Source: an uncultured Burkholderiaceae bacterium (GTDB lineage: Bacteria > Pseudomonadota > Gammaproteobacteria > Burkholderiales > Burkholderiaceae_B). From it: a stretch of 64,000 nt of DNA. Location: positions 13,268 through 77,267 of the forward strand of contig CAWUWN010000006.1 of the NCBI GenBank assembly GCA_963926265.1, read 5' to 3'. Positions 21,392 to 30,785 of this stretch are shown here, piece after piece. Positions within the stretch are counted from its first letter, which is position 1; each line of letters starts with the position of its first letter. The notes below the pieces were generated by a model. That model was not told where the DNA came from. It did not search any database and saw nothing but the letters and a program-made list of their open reading frames with translations. The position numbers and the translations under genes were made by a program.

Positions 21392-21979
21392 ATGTTGAAA
21401 ACTAAAGATCTAGTCCTGATCGCATTATTTACAGCGATGATTATTGTGTTGGGTCTGATCCCGCCTGTGCCGGTCCCTTGGGTGCCCGTGCCAGTCACTC
21501 TCCAGACTTTCGGTGTGATGCTGGCTGGACTGATCTTGGGGCCTTGGCGGGGCGGCTTGGTGGTCTTGACCTACGTGCTGATCGCCATGGTTGGGATCCC
21601 TGTCTTGCCAGGGGGACGTGCTGGGCTTGCGGTATTGGCCGGTCCAACAGGTGGGTTTTTGTTAGGCATGATCCCGGGGGCAGTATTGACAGGTTTATTA
21701 GCTGGGCGCATTCAAATAAACAGCGCGTCAAGCAACGCTATCAGTGGACAGCAGGGGTGGGCCGAAATGGCGCCCCAGGTCTTGCGCTGTTGGCTGGCGA
21801 GCGTTGTCGGCGGGATGTTGGTGGTCTATGCAGTCGGGATTCCCTGGCTGGCCATGGTGACTGGAATGGGTTTAACCAAAGCCAGCTTAGCGATCCTTGT
21901 GTTTATCCCTGGCGATTTGCTTAAAGCTCTGATCGCAAGCATCGTCGCACAGCGTGTGCGACGATTGGCGCTTGTTTAA
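21392..21979 (+). CDS. bioY: Biotin transporter S component BioY
   Basis: PVPVTLQTFGVMLAG, GIPVLPGG, GPTGGFLLG, FIPGDLLKA; alternative GTG start 21365. Confidence 0.9.
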   Translation: MLKTKDLVLIALFTAMIIVLGLIPPVPVPWVPVPVTLQTFGVMLAGLILGPWRGGLVVLTYVLIAMVGIPVLPGGRAGLAVLAGPTGGFLLGMIPGAVLTGLLAGRIQINSASSNAISGQQGWAEMAPQVLRCWLASVVGGMLVVYAVGIPWLAMVTGMGLTKASLAILVFIPGDLLKALIASIVAQRVRRLALV

Positions 21980-21992
21980 GATTCGTGTTCGT

Positions 21993-22979
21993 TTAAGTTT
22001 GCTTGGGCGCCTTGCGGCGCTCCATCCAGGCTCCAAATTCACCCACGATTCCGCGGCGGAAAGCTAAAACGCAGATGACAAAAATGAGTCCGATTACGAT
22101 CGAGACTGATTCGCCGAGTCGTTGAAACCATTCAATCCCGGTCCAGCCTGTCAGCGTTGCACCGAGTTCACCTACTTTGTTTTCTAGTAAAACAACGATG
22201 AACGCACCGATCACGGGACCCACGAGTGTCCCGAGCCCACCGATCAGCGTCATCAGAATAACAAGTCCAGACATTTGCCATGTGGCATCTGTGAGCGTAG
22301 CGGAGACAAAAATCAACATTTTGGTCGAGCCGGCAAGGCCTGCCAACATGGCAGATAGGACAAAGGCCAACAGTTTGAAACGATTGACGTCATAGCCGAG
22401 CGAAGTGGCCCGCGCTTCGTTTTCACGAATGGCTTTGAGCACTTGACCAAAAGGAGAATTTACTGCTCGCCAGATGATGAAATAACTCAAGACAAAAATA
22501 CCCATCACGACATAATAAAGATTGAAATCACTTTTTAAATCAATCAAGCCAAAGAGCGTCCCCCGAGGAACGCCTTGCAGGCCATCCTCGCCGCCAGTGA
22601 ATTTGGCTTGTAGAAAAAAGAAGTACACCATCTGTGAGAGTGCTAAGGTGATCATTGCGAAATAGATCCCGCTGCGACGGATCGCGATTGCGCCCATGGC
22701 CAGTCCGAGAAGCCCCGCAACGAGCACGCCAAAGGCAAGCCCCACTTCGGTTGGGAAACCCCAGAGTTTGATCGCATGCCCTGAAGCGTATGCAGCACTT
22801 CCTAAAAATGCGGCGTGACCAAACGAGAGGAGGCCTGTAAAACCGAGTAGGAGATTGAAGGCGCACGCAAACAACGCATAGCACATGATCTTCATGACAA
22901 AGACGGGATAAATGCCCGTCATCGGTATGAACGCTAGCAAGACCAGTGCAATGAGATAACCTAGATTCTGACGATTCAT
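21993..22979 (-). CDS. LIV-family ABC transporter permease (LivM-like)
   Basis: FNLLLGFTGLLSFGHAAF, GIYFAMITLA, GGEDG, LIGGLGT. Confidence 0.9.
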   Translation of the reverse strand: MNRQNLGYLIALVLLAFIPMTGIYPVFVMKIMCYALFACAFNLLLGFTGLLSFGHAAFLGSAAYASGHAIKLWGFPTEVGLAFGVLVAGLLGLAMGAIAIRRSGIYFAMITLALSQMVYFFFLQAKFTGGEDGLQGVPRGTLFGLIDLKSDFNLYYVVMGIFVLSYFIIWRAVNSPFGQVLKAIRENEARATSLGYDVNRFKLLAFVLSAMLAGLAGSTKMLIFVSATLTDATWQMSGLVILMTLIGGLGTLVGPVIGAFIVVLLENKVGELGATLTGWTGIEWFQRLGESVSIVIGLIFVICVLAFRRGIVGEFGAWMERRKAPKQT

Positions 22980-23863
22980 TTTTCTTTTCCAAACAAACCG
23001 GCCGGGCGAATCAGCAACACAATCGCCATGATGATAAATACAACCGTGCTTGAAGCTTCAGGCCAAAAGACTTTTGTCAGTCCTTCGATCACACCGAGTC
23101 CAAGGCCTGTGACAATTGCGCCTAGAATCGAGCCCATCCCTCCGATCACGACAACGGCAAACACAACAATGATCAGGTTAGAACCCATGAGCGGTGAAAC
23201 TTGAATAATTGGGGCTGCTAACACGCCTGCAAACCCAGCCAGTGCGACACCGAAGCCGTAGGTCAACGTAATCATGAGCGGCACATTGACACCAAAAGCC
23301 TCTACGAGGCGAGGATTTTCTGTCCCGGCGCGCAATAATGAGCCGAGTCGCGTCCGTTCAATCACAAACCAAGTAATCAAGCATACCGTGAGTGAGGCGA
23401 TCACCACCCAAGCGCGGTAGTTTGGAAGCATCATGAAGCCCAGGTTGGTCGCTCCACGAAGCGCTTCGGGTGATGAATAAGGCTGTCCAGAGGCGCCATA
23501 AAAGCTGCGGAATAATCCTTCGATCAGCAGCGTGATACCAAATGTCAGTAAAAGACCGTACAGATGGTCGAGTTTATAGAGGTGTTTTAAAAGAAACTTT
23601 TCGATCAGGATGCCAAACAGGCCCACCAAAATTGGGGCAACGATCAGCATCACCCAGTAATTCAGACCTAAATAATTTAAGCCCATCCAAGCTAGAAAGG
23701 CGCCCAACATGTACAGCGCGCCATGCGCGAAATTGATGACGTTAAGCAAGCCGAATATGACGGCAAGGCCTAGCGACAAAATAGCGTAAAAAGAGCCGTT
23801 GACCAAGCCAAGCAAAAGCTGGCCCAGAAACGCTTGCAAGGGAATGCCAAAAATAGTGATCAT
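22976..23863 (-). CDS. LIV-family ABC transporter permease (LivH-like)
   Basis: GLAVIFGLLNVINFAHG, TRLGSLLRA, FAVVVIGGMGS. Confidence 0.9.
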   Translation of the reverse strand: MITIFGIPLQAFLGQLLLGLVNGSFYAILSLGLAVIFGLLNVINFAHGALYMLGAFLAWMGLNYLGLNYWVMLIVAPILVGLFGILIEKFLLKHLYKLDHLYGLLLTFGITLLIEGLFRSFYGASGQPYSSPEALRGATNLGFMMLPNYRAWVVIASLTVCLITWFVIERTRLGSLLRAGTENPRLVEAFGVNVPLMITLTYGFGVALAGFAGVLAAPIIQVSPLMGSNLIIVVFAVVVIGGMGSILGAIVTGLGLGVIEGLTKVFWPEASSTVVFIIMAIVLLIRPAGLFGKEK

Positions 23864-23902
23864 TGTCTGCCTACTTCATCAAGCCAATTACTAGAACAGC
23901 TT

Positions 23903-23937
23903 TTTGCCCCCAAGGTACCCAGCACCCTGGGGGCAAA
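23903..23937 (-). other. Intercistronic 14-bp stem-loop after the substrate-binding gene (probable mRNA stabiliser)
   Basis: Minus strand UUUGCCCCCAGGGU-GCUGGGU-ACCUUGGGGGCAAA; no downstream U tract; a G-U pair forms only on the minus strand. Confidence 0.6.
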
Positions 23938-23943
23938 CACTGC

Positions 23944-25155
23944 TTACTTCTTTACGAGTTTGCAAGTGGACTCTGACAGCTTGGTGAACACTTCTTCACC
24001 TGGTAAAACGGCGATCTGCTTGTAATAGTCCCAAGGTCCTTTGGACTCACTGGGCTTTTTGACTTCCATCAAGAACATGTCATGCACCATACGACCATCC
24101 TCGCGGACATAGCCGTTCTTGGCAAACATATCATTGACTTTATTGGACTTCATCCATTTCATCACGGTATCGCCATCGTCACTACCCGTCGCTTTAACTG
24201 CATTGAGATAGAACGATAACGCTGAGTAGTCACCAGCTTGAATCATTGAAGGCTTGCGTTTAATACGCGCCTCAAATTTCTTGGACCAAGCACGCGTCTC
24301 ATCGTTTTGATCCCAATACCAGCCGTCGGTAAATTGCATCCCTTGTGTGGCCTGTAAACCAAGCGAATGAATGTCATTGATGAAAATCAACAGGCCAGCC
24401 AATTTCATGGTTTTTCCGATACCAAACTCGTTTGCTGCTTTGATCGAGTTAATGGTGTCTCCGCCAGCGTTTGCTAGACCTAAGATTTGTGCTTTAGAGC
24501 TCTGTGCCTGCAGCAAGAAAGATGAGAAGTCGGAGGAGTTGAGAGGCGCACGCACCTGACCTTTGATTTCGCCCCCGGCCGCTTTGACAACTTTGGCGGT
24601 ATCGCGCTCGAGTGCATGACCAAAGGCGTAATCAGCCGTCAGGAAGTACCAACTTTTGCCGCCTGCTTTCACGACGGCAGAGCCCGTGCCGCGTGCTAGA
24701 GCGACAGTATCATAGGCCCAATGAATAGTGTAGGGTGTGCATTGCGAACCCGTTAGGTCCGAAGCTGCAGCACCAATTGCAAAAAAAGGTTTTTTCTTTT
24801 CGGCTGCAATGCCTGCAAGAGCGAGGTTGACGCCAGAGTTGGTGCCACCAATTAACATGTCGATTTTTTGTTGGTCAAACCACTCGCGGGCGCGGGCAGC
24901 TCCCACGTCAGCTTTGTTTTGGTGGTCGGCAAAGACGAGTTCAATCTTTTTGCCGTTGATCGCACCGCCAGCATCGGCGATTGCCATGCGCGCAGCTTCA
25001 ATGCCGCCTGCACCATCGATATCAGAATAGACGCTAGCCATATCCGTCAAAAAACCAATACGGATGACGTTGTCAGAAACGTTTGCTTGCGCGGTATGAC
25101 CAACAAGTCCGAGACTTGCTAGCATGAGTGAAGCACTTAGGGTAGAAAGTTTCAT
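23944..25155 (-). CDS. LIV-family ABC transporter periplasmic substrate-binding protein
   Basis: Signal peptide, IRIGFLTDM, ADHQNKADVG, YFLTADYAFG, REDGRMVHDM. Confidence 0.9.
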   Translation of the reverse strand: MKLSTLSASLMLASLGLVGHTAQANVSDNVIRIGFLTDMASVYSDIDGAGGIEAARMAIADAGGAINGKKIELVFADHQNKADVGAARAREWFDQQKIDMLIGGTNSGVNLALAGIAAEKKKPFFAIGAAASDLTGSQCTPYTIHWAYDTVALARGTGSAVVKAGGKSWYFLTADYAFGHALERDTAKVVKAAGGEIKGQVRAPLNSSDFSSFLLQAQSSKAQILGLANAGGDTINSIKAANEFGIGKTMKLAGLLIFINDIHSLGLQATQGMQFTDGWYWDQNDETRAWSKKFEARIKRKPSMIQAGDYSALSFYLNAVKATGSDDGDTVMKWMKSNKVNDMFAKNGYVREDGRMVHDMFLMEVKKPSESKGPWDYYKQIAVLPGEEVFTKLSESTCKLVKK

Positions 25156-25247
25156 AGAGTTCTCCAGGGGTTCGCTGCTTGTAAATTTTTTAGGGTGTTA
25201 ATGAATATTATGTGTATGGGTTTTCTCTGCGACAGCGTGATGGTGTT

Positions 25248-25958
25248 TCAAACACCGAGTAATTCGTTTAATACAGATTGCTTTTCTTTAAGTTCGCTGG
25301 CTCCAAAGTGCTCAACGATTTGTCCGTGTTCCATGACATAAAATCGATCGGCCAAGAGCGCTGCAAAATGGAAGTTTTGTTCGACCATGACAATGGTATA
25401 GCCCTTACTCTTGAGCATTTTGATCATGCGTGAGAGTGCCTGGACAATCACGGGGGCTAGACCCTCAGAGATTTCGTCCAGCAAAAGTAAATTAGCGCCA
25501 GTGCGCAAGATCCGCGCAACAGCGAGCATCTGTTGCTCACCACCAGACAAACGTGTACCGGGAGAATGGCGCCGCTCTGAGAGATTGGGAAACATCTCAT
25601 AAATTTCAGCGATCGTCATGCCTCCACCTGGTACGCCCACAGGAGGGGGTAATAAAAGGTTTTCTTCGCAAGATAGGCTTGCAAAAATACCGCGCTCCTC
25701 TGGGCAGTAGCCAATCCCAAGGTGTGCGATTTTAAAAGTCGGCGTCTCAATGACTTCGTGTCCGTGGACGCGCACGGATCCTTTGCGCGACCCAGTTAGG
25801 CCCAAAATCGCTCGCAGTGTAGTGGTGCGACCGGCACCGTTACGGCCGAGCAGGGTGACAACCTCGCCTTTGTTGACCGTTAAGTTTACGCCATGCAGGA
25901 TGTGAGACTCGCCGTACCAGGCATGCAGGTTGTTGATTTCAAGTGCGCAAGTGTTCAT
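25248..25958 (-). CDS. LIV-family ABC ATPase (LivF-like)
   Basis: GRNGAGRTT, LSGGEQQMLA, LLDEISEGLAP, VEQN. Confidence 0.92.
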   Translation of the reverse strand: MNTCALEINNLHAWYGESHILHGVNLTVNKGEVVTLLGRNGAGRTTTLRAILGLTGSRKGSVRVHGHEVIETPTFKIAHLGIGYCPEERGIFASLSCEENLLLPPPVGVPGGGMTIAEIYEMFPNLSERRHSPGTRLSGGEQQMLAVARILRTGANLLLLDEISEGLAPVIVQALSRMIKMLKSKGYTIVMVEQNFHFAALLADRFYVMEHGQIVEHFGASELKEKQSVLNELLGV

Positions 25959-26728
25959 CCATGTGCTCCCTCAAGCTCACCTTCAGTCGTACCCATGTAG
26001 GCTTGCATCACGGCGGGGTCTTTCGAGACGTGCGCATAATTGCCTTCGGCTAGGACCGACCCACGCGCAAGCACGGTGATGGTGTCGGCGATTGAGGACA
26101 CTACGTTCATGTTGTGCTCAACCATCAAAATAGTACGGCCCACACTGACACGTTTGATGAGTTGTGTGACGCGGTCTACATCTTCGTGCCCCATGCCTTG
26201 GGTGGGCTCATCGAGCAGCATGAGCTCAGGCTCCATCGCAAGTGTGGTTGCGATCTCGAGCGCACGCTTTCGTCCATAAGGAAGGTTGACAGTCATTTCG
26301 TCAGCAAAGTCACTCAGATCGACTTGTTCCAATAGTTCCCGTGCACGCGCGTTGAGAGTATTTAAACGCCGATCGCTTTGCCAAAAATTAAAGGAGAGGC
26401 CAGTTTCACGTTGCAAACCAATACGCACATTTTCAAGTACGGATAAATGTGGAAAGACTGCTGAAATCTGAAATGAGCGAATAATGCCTTGGCGTGCGAT
26501 ATGCGCAGGCGAGTCGTGAGTAATGTCTGAGCCGTTGAACAAAATGCGCCCGCGTGTGGGCGTTAAAAATTTGGTGAGTAAGTTAAAGCAGGTTGTCTTG
26601 CCGGCACCATTGGGTCCGATTAATGCATGGATCTGACCGCGTTGCACACTCAGTGAGATATCGTCTACCGCAACAAAACCACGAAATTCTTTGGTGAGAC
26701 CTTGTGTTTCAAGGATGATGTCTTGCAT
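25955..26728 (-). CDS. LIV-family ABC ATPase (LivG-like)
   Basis: GPNGAGKTT, LPYGRKRALE, LLDEPTQG, VEHNM. Confidence 0.92.
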   Translation of the reverse strand: MQDIILETQGLTKEFRGFVAVDDISLSVQRGQIHALIGPNGAGKTTCFNLLTKFLTPTRGRILFNGSDITHDSPAHIARQGIIRSFQISAVFPHLSVLENVRIGLQRETGLSFNFWQSDRRLNTLNARARELLEQVDLSDFADEMTVNLPYGRKRALEIATTLAMEPELMLLDEPTQGMGHEDVDRVTQLIKRVSVGRTILMVEHNMNVVSSIADTITVLARGSVLAEGNYAHVSKDPAVMQAYMGTTEGELEGAHG

Positions 26729-26815
26729 ACAGCCACCTGCCTATACTATTTGAACTTGATCACCTAGTATTGCTTAGATCGGATCTATTGCTCAATGCGG
26801 GTTTGCCTGAAGGTA

Positions 26816-27451
26816 TTAACCCTTGGTTTTTTTTGTGTATTCACACAAATCAGCAATCCCGCACTGCGGGCATTTAGGTGTGCGGGCGACACAAATGTAG
26901 CGACCGTGCAAGATTAACCAGTGGTGCACATCCAGTTTGAACTCGTCTGCGACAAATTTCTCTAGTCCTTTTTCAACTGCCACGACATCTTTGCCTGGTG
27001 CGATTTTGGTCCGATTGGATACTCTGAAAATATGGGTATCGACAGCAATAGTGGGTTGGCCAAAAGCAGTATTAAGCACCACATTGGCTGTTTTACGGCC
27101 AACGCCTGGTAGCGCTTCGAGAGCCTCACGTGTTTGAGGCACCTTGCCATCGTATTGTTCGAGCAAAATTTTGCTCGTAGCAATGACATTTTTCGCTTTT
27201 GTTTTAAACAGGCCGATCGTCTTGATGTAGTCCATGAGCTTTTCCTCGCCCAGCGCATAGAGCGCTTTGGGTGTGCCATAGCGAGGGAAAAACTTTCTGG
27301 TGGCAATATTGACGGCCTTATCGGTGGTTTGCGCTGAAAGCAAGACTGCGATGAGGAGTTGAAAGTCGCTTTTGTATTCAAGCTCGGTCGTGGGCGTAGG
27401 ATTTGCCTCACGCAGACGCGTAAAAATCTCTCTACGTTTCTGTGGGTTCAT
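26816..27451 (-). CDS. nth: Endonuclease III
   Basis: LLSAQTTD, Hh[24 protein letters not shown]6-C-X2-C-X5-C [4Fe-4S] loop. Confidence 0.97.
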   Translation of the reverse strand: MNPQKRREIFTRLREANPTPTTELEYKSDFQLLIAVLLSAQTTDKAVNIATRKFFPRYGTPKALYALGEEKLMDYIKTIGLFKTKAKNVIATSKILLEQYDGKVPQTREALEALPGVGRKTANVVLNTAFGQPTIAVDTHIFRVSNRTKIAPGKDVVAVEKGLEKFVADEFKLDVHHWLILHGRYICVARTPKCPQCGIADLCEYTKKTKG

Positions 27452-28092
27452 GAGGGATTGGTATGCCGGCGGGCGCGCGCACGGGCGAGGGCAGCTTGAA
27501 CTGCAGCGTGTTTATCTTCAGTCGAATTCAGCGCAGTGGCTTGCAGGGTCGTCTTTGATGTTGTGCTGTCGACAGCGACAGAATCATCATCGCTCGTTCT
27601 TAAGCTGGCGGGTGTTTTGATGAGTCGAGTTTGCCTGCGTTCATAGCGCGTACGCGCTTGATCTGCATCCGTACGTGTCCACGCCCTGGTGGGTTCAACA
27701 TTGACCATTTCAATGCAATCCACCGGGCAAGGTGCCACACATAAGTCGCAACCAGTGCAGTCTTGGGGTAAGACGGTGTGCATGACCTTTGACGCGCCTA
27801 AGATGGCGTCCACTGGACAGGCTTGGATACACAGCGTGCAGCCGATGCAATAATCCTCATCGATTACGGCAACCTGAAGAGGGACGTGGATACCGTAGTC
27901 TGTGTTAAGCGGCAAAATTGCTTGATCGAGTAGCTTGGAGAGTGCAGCGATCCCTGCTTCGCCACCTGGTGGACAACGATTAATAGCAGCCGCACCTGCG
28001 GCAATGGCGCGCGCATATGGTGCGCAGCCATCAAAGCCACATTTGGTGCACTGTGTTTGCGGAAGCAAACGATTGATACGTTCAGCCAGCAT
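27448..28092 (-). CDS. Stand-alone RnfB/RsxB-like polyferredoxin lacking an N-terminal TM helix
   Basis: [19 protein letters not shown] FeS domain plus [12 protein letters not shown] and [12 protein letters not shown]; start ATG 28092 overlaps the phaZ stop. Confidence 0.85.
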   Translation of the reverse strand: MLAERINRLLPQTQCTKCGFDGCAPYARAIAAGAAAINRCPPGGEAGIAALSKLLDQAILPLNTDYGIHVPLQVAVIDEDYCIGCTLCIQACPVDAILGASKVMHTVLPQDCTGCDLCVAPCPVDCIEMVNVEPTRAWTRTDADQARTRYERRQTRLIKTPASLRTSDDDSVAVDSTTSKTTLQATALNSTEDKHAAVQAALARARARRHTNPS

Positions 28093-29318
28093 CAGACCTG
28101 ACGGATAAATTCCGCAATCTGAGGGCAAATCGTCGTACGCCAACGGCGTCCGGAGAAAATGCCGTAATGGCCGCAGTCTGGCGCTGTATAGTGCTTTTTG
28201 CGCTTGGCTGGGATACCGGAGCAGAGAGTTTGTGCAGCACGTGTTTGACCTTCGCCAGAGATATCGTCGAGCTCACCCTCAATCGTAAAAAGTGAGACTG
28301 ATTTGATATCAGCAGGCCGGACAAGTTGCCCATCAATTTCCCACGTGCCGTTCGGCAGATCGAAGTCCTGAAAGACTACACGAATCGTATCGAGGTAAAA
28401 GTCGGCAGACATGTCTAGTACCGCGTTGTATTCGTTGTAAAAGCGACGATGCATCTCCGCATCCTCATCATCACCACGCAACAAGTCTAGATAAAAGTCG
28501 TAGTGCGACTTCAGGTGACGGTCTGGATTCATCGACAAAAAGCCAGCATGCTGCAAAAAGCCAGGATAGACGCGGCGCCCTGCACCTGGATACTGGGCCG
28601 GCACGGTGTGGATCAGCTTCTCTTCAAACCATTCAAAAGGTTTTGTGGTTGCAAGACGATTCACCTGAGTCGGTGAGCAGCGCGGATCAATCGGTCCGCC
28701 CATCATTACCATGCTGCGTGGCAGGCAAGGATCTTTGTTGGTCGCCATCAGCGAGATCGCCGCAAGAACAGGAACCGTGGGTTGGCACACAGACATCACG
28801 TGTACGTCCGGGCCAAGATGGCGGACAAACTCTTGCACGTAGCGAACGTAATCGTTCAGGTTAAATGTGCCGTCTGATAGCGGCACCATACGTGCATCGA
28901 TCCAATCGGTCACAAAGACCTCATGGTTGGGCAGTAGGGCACGAACCGTATCGCGCAACAGTGTGGCATGGTGACCCGACATGGGTGCCACAACTAAAAG
29001 TTTAGGGGTCGCTTTGCGAACTTTTTCTGAAATATCGCGTTTGAAATAAAGCAGATTGCAAAAAGGCTTGGAATGCGCAATCTCTTCGCTCACGCCGACC
29101 AGTTTGCCGTTGACCTCAGTCATCGGCAAGTCCCAGGCAGGTTTCTCGTATTTTTTCCCAAGTCGATGAATCAGCTCATAGCTGGCGGCCATCTGTCTGG
29201 CGATCGGGGAGTAGGCGAGCGGACTGGCAGGGTGAGAAAAAATCTTGGAACCCACTTCTGTGAAGTGTGCAAGAGGCGACATCATGGCCCGGTGCATTTC
29301 ATGCAATTGATAAAGCAT
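28092..29318 (-). CDS. phaZ: Intracellular polyhydroxyalkanoate depolymerase
   Basis: [18 protein letters not shown] (Cys nucleophile), [22 protein letters not shown]. Confidence 0.95.
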   Translation of the reverse strand: MLYQLHEMHRAMMSPLAHFTEVGSKIFSHPASPLAYSPIARQMAASYELIHRLGKKYEKPAWDLPMTEVNGKLVGVSEEIAHSKPFCNLLYFKRDISEKVRKATPKLLVVAPMSGHHATLLRDTVRALLPNHEVFVTDWIDARMVPLSDGTFNLNDYVRYVQEFVRHLGPDVHVMSVCQPTVPVLAAISLMATNKDPCLPRSMVMMGGPIDPRCSPTQVNRLATTKPFEWFEEKLIHTVPAQYPGAGRRVYPGFLQHAGFLSMNPDRHLKSHYDFYLDLLRGDDEDAEMHRRFYNEYNAVLDMSADFYLDTIRVVFQDFDLPNGTWEIDGQLVRPADIKSVSLFTIEGELDDISGEGQTRAAQTLCSGIPAKRKKHYTAPDCGHYGIFSGRRWRTTICPQIAEFIRQV

Positions 29319-29445
29319 GTGTCATTCCAATTAGTGTCATGTGATGATGCATTATGCTCCTGATCGAAGAGGAGTCGAGCAACACAAGTAAGGTTACTTG
29401 GTGCATCGCAACAGAGTGTCGCAAAAGCACCACGCGTCGAAGGGT

Positions 29446-30294
29446 TTACCAGTAGTTCTCTACAGCTAAATTGCCCGCGATACCACGTCGCCCAGGCGCA
29501 AAACCTCGAGCAGCCAGTAGTCCACGCATCTCAGTCACCATCGCAGGATTGCCGCAGAGCATGACTCGTGAAAGTGAGGGCTCAAGCGCCACGCCAACGC
29601 GCTGCTCGAGCTCGCCGCTGGTTAAAAGCGTGGTAAGTCGCGCTGGGCTGAGCCATTGCGGATGCACAGAGGGGGATAGCGCGGGAGTCAGAGCTTCTTG
29701 GGAGGTCACTGGGAGATAGACAAACTGGGCCCGCTGGCTATCTGAGAGCTTGGCGAGCGCCAAGAGCTCTTGGTGATAGGCGAGCTCATTTGCGTGCCTA
29801 ACGCCGTGAAGCAGGACAATCCGCTTGAAACGTTGCCATGTCTTAGGGTCGCGCAACATGGATAAGTATGCAGAGAGTCCGGTTCCTGTTGCAATGAGCC
29901 AAAGATCCTCTCCGTCGGCAAACCGTTCGAGCGTTAAAAAGCCGAAAACAGATTTGTCGATCCAAAGTGCGTCCCCAGGCTCGAGTCGGGAGAGGGCAGG
30001 GCTGAATTTGCCGTCGGGCACAACCACAGAGAAAAACTCGAGTTCGTCAACATCTGGCTTGGAGACCATCGAATAGGCTCGCCATTCGTTCGGCGTCCGT
30101 GTCGAATCAGAGTGATCGGTTTCGGGCGTATCCACGCAGAGTCCTAAGCGCGCAAACTGCCCAGGAAGAAAGGAGAAAGCAGCATCACGCGTCACAGTGA
30201 TGGAAAATAGCTTGCCCGTTAGCCAGTTTGCCTTGGCAAGCACAGTTTGCTGCGTGTAGCGTGGTGCGTTGGACGCGATGGCTTGATCATTCAT
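29446..30294 (-). CDS. fpr: Ferredoxin--NADP+ reductase (bacterial type)
   Basis: RAYSMVS, VVPDGKFS, LIATGTGL, MLCGNPAM, VENYW C-terminus. Confidence 0.93.
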   Translation of the reverse strand: MNDQAIASNAPRYTQQTVLAKANWLTGKLFSITVTRDAAFSFLPGQFARLGLCVDTPETDHSDSTRTPNEWRAYSMVSKPDVDELEFFSVVVPDGKFSPALSRLEPGDALWIDKSVFGFLTLERFADGEDLWLIATGTGLSAYLSMLRDPKTWQRFKRIVLLHGVRHANELAYHQELLALAKLSDSQRAQFVYLPVTSQEALTPALSPSVHPQWLSPARLTTLLTSGELEQRVGVALEPSLSRVMLCGNPAMVTEMRGLLAARGFAPGRRGIAGNLAVENYW

Positions 30295-30338
30295 GAATGG
30301 GTGAGGCGCTCAGTCAGACGGCAGTTGGGGCATGCCGT

Positions 30339-30662
30339 TCAGCGCTCGAGGTGTTTAAGCTTGTCAGGCATGCCGTTCCAATTGTCCGCATCTTCGAGTG
30401 GCTTTTTTGAGCGACTGATGCTCTGGAATGTTGGCGACAGCTCAGCGTTCAATGCGATGAACTTCATCTGATCCTGTGGCACGTCTTCTTCAGCAAAAAT
30501 TGCATTAGCCGGGCATTCTGGGATACAGACTGCGCAGTCTATGCACTCGTCCGGATCGATCACCAGAAAGTTAGGGCCTTCGCGAAAGCAATCCACAGGG
30601 CACACGTCCACGCAGTCTGTGAACTTACATTTAATACAGTTTTCGGTCACGACATGCGTCAT
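30339..30662 (-). CDS. fdxA: 7Fe ferredoxin (FdI/FdxA type)
   Basis: [14 protein letters not shown] and [12 protein letters not shown]; C-terminal KLKHLER like Azotobacter FdI. Confidence 0.95.
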   Translation of the reverse strand: MTHVVTENCIKCKFTDCVDVCPVDCFREGPNFLVIDPDECIDCAVCIPECPANAIFAEEDVPQDQMKFIALNAELSPTFQSISRSKKPLEDADNWNGMPDKLKHLER

Positions 30663-30785
30663 GTATTTCACCATAATGCAAATAAGATAGTTATATTTTA
30701 CCCAAAGCGATCCCGCGTGCTCGGGATACCCCTTGGATGTGAGGTGGCTGTGCTAATGTTCAAAAAAATCCAGACAAAATAGTCC

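Noticed and set aside
30663-30785. NAD riboswitch or NrtR site upstream of pncB (ATCCCG/CGGGAT hairpin)
   Set aside because: Only one short stem; no recognisable riboswitch or GT-N7-AC palindrome
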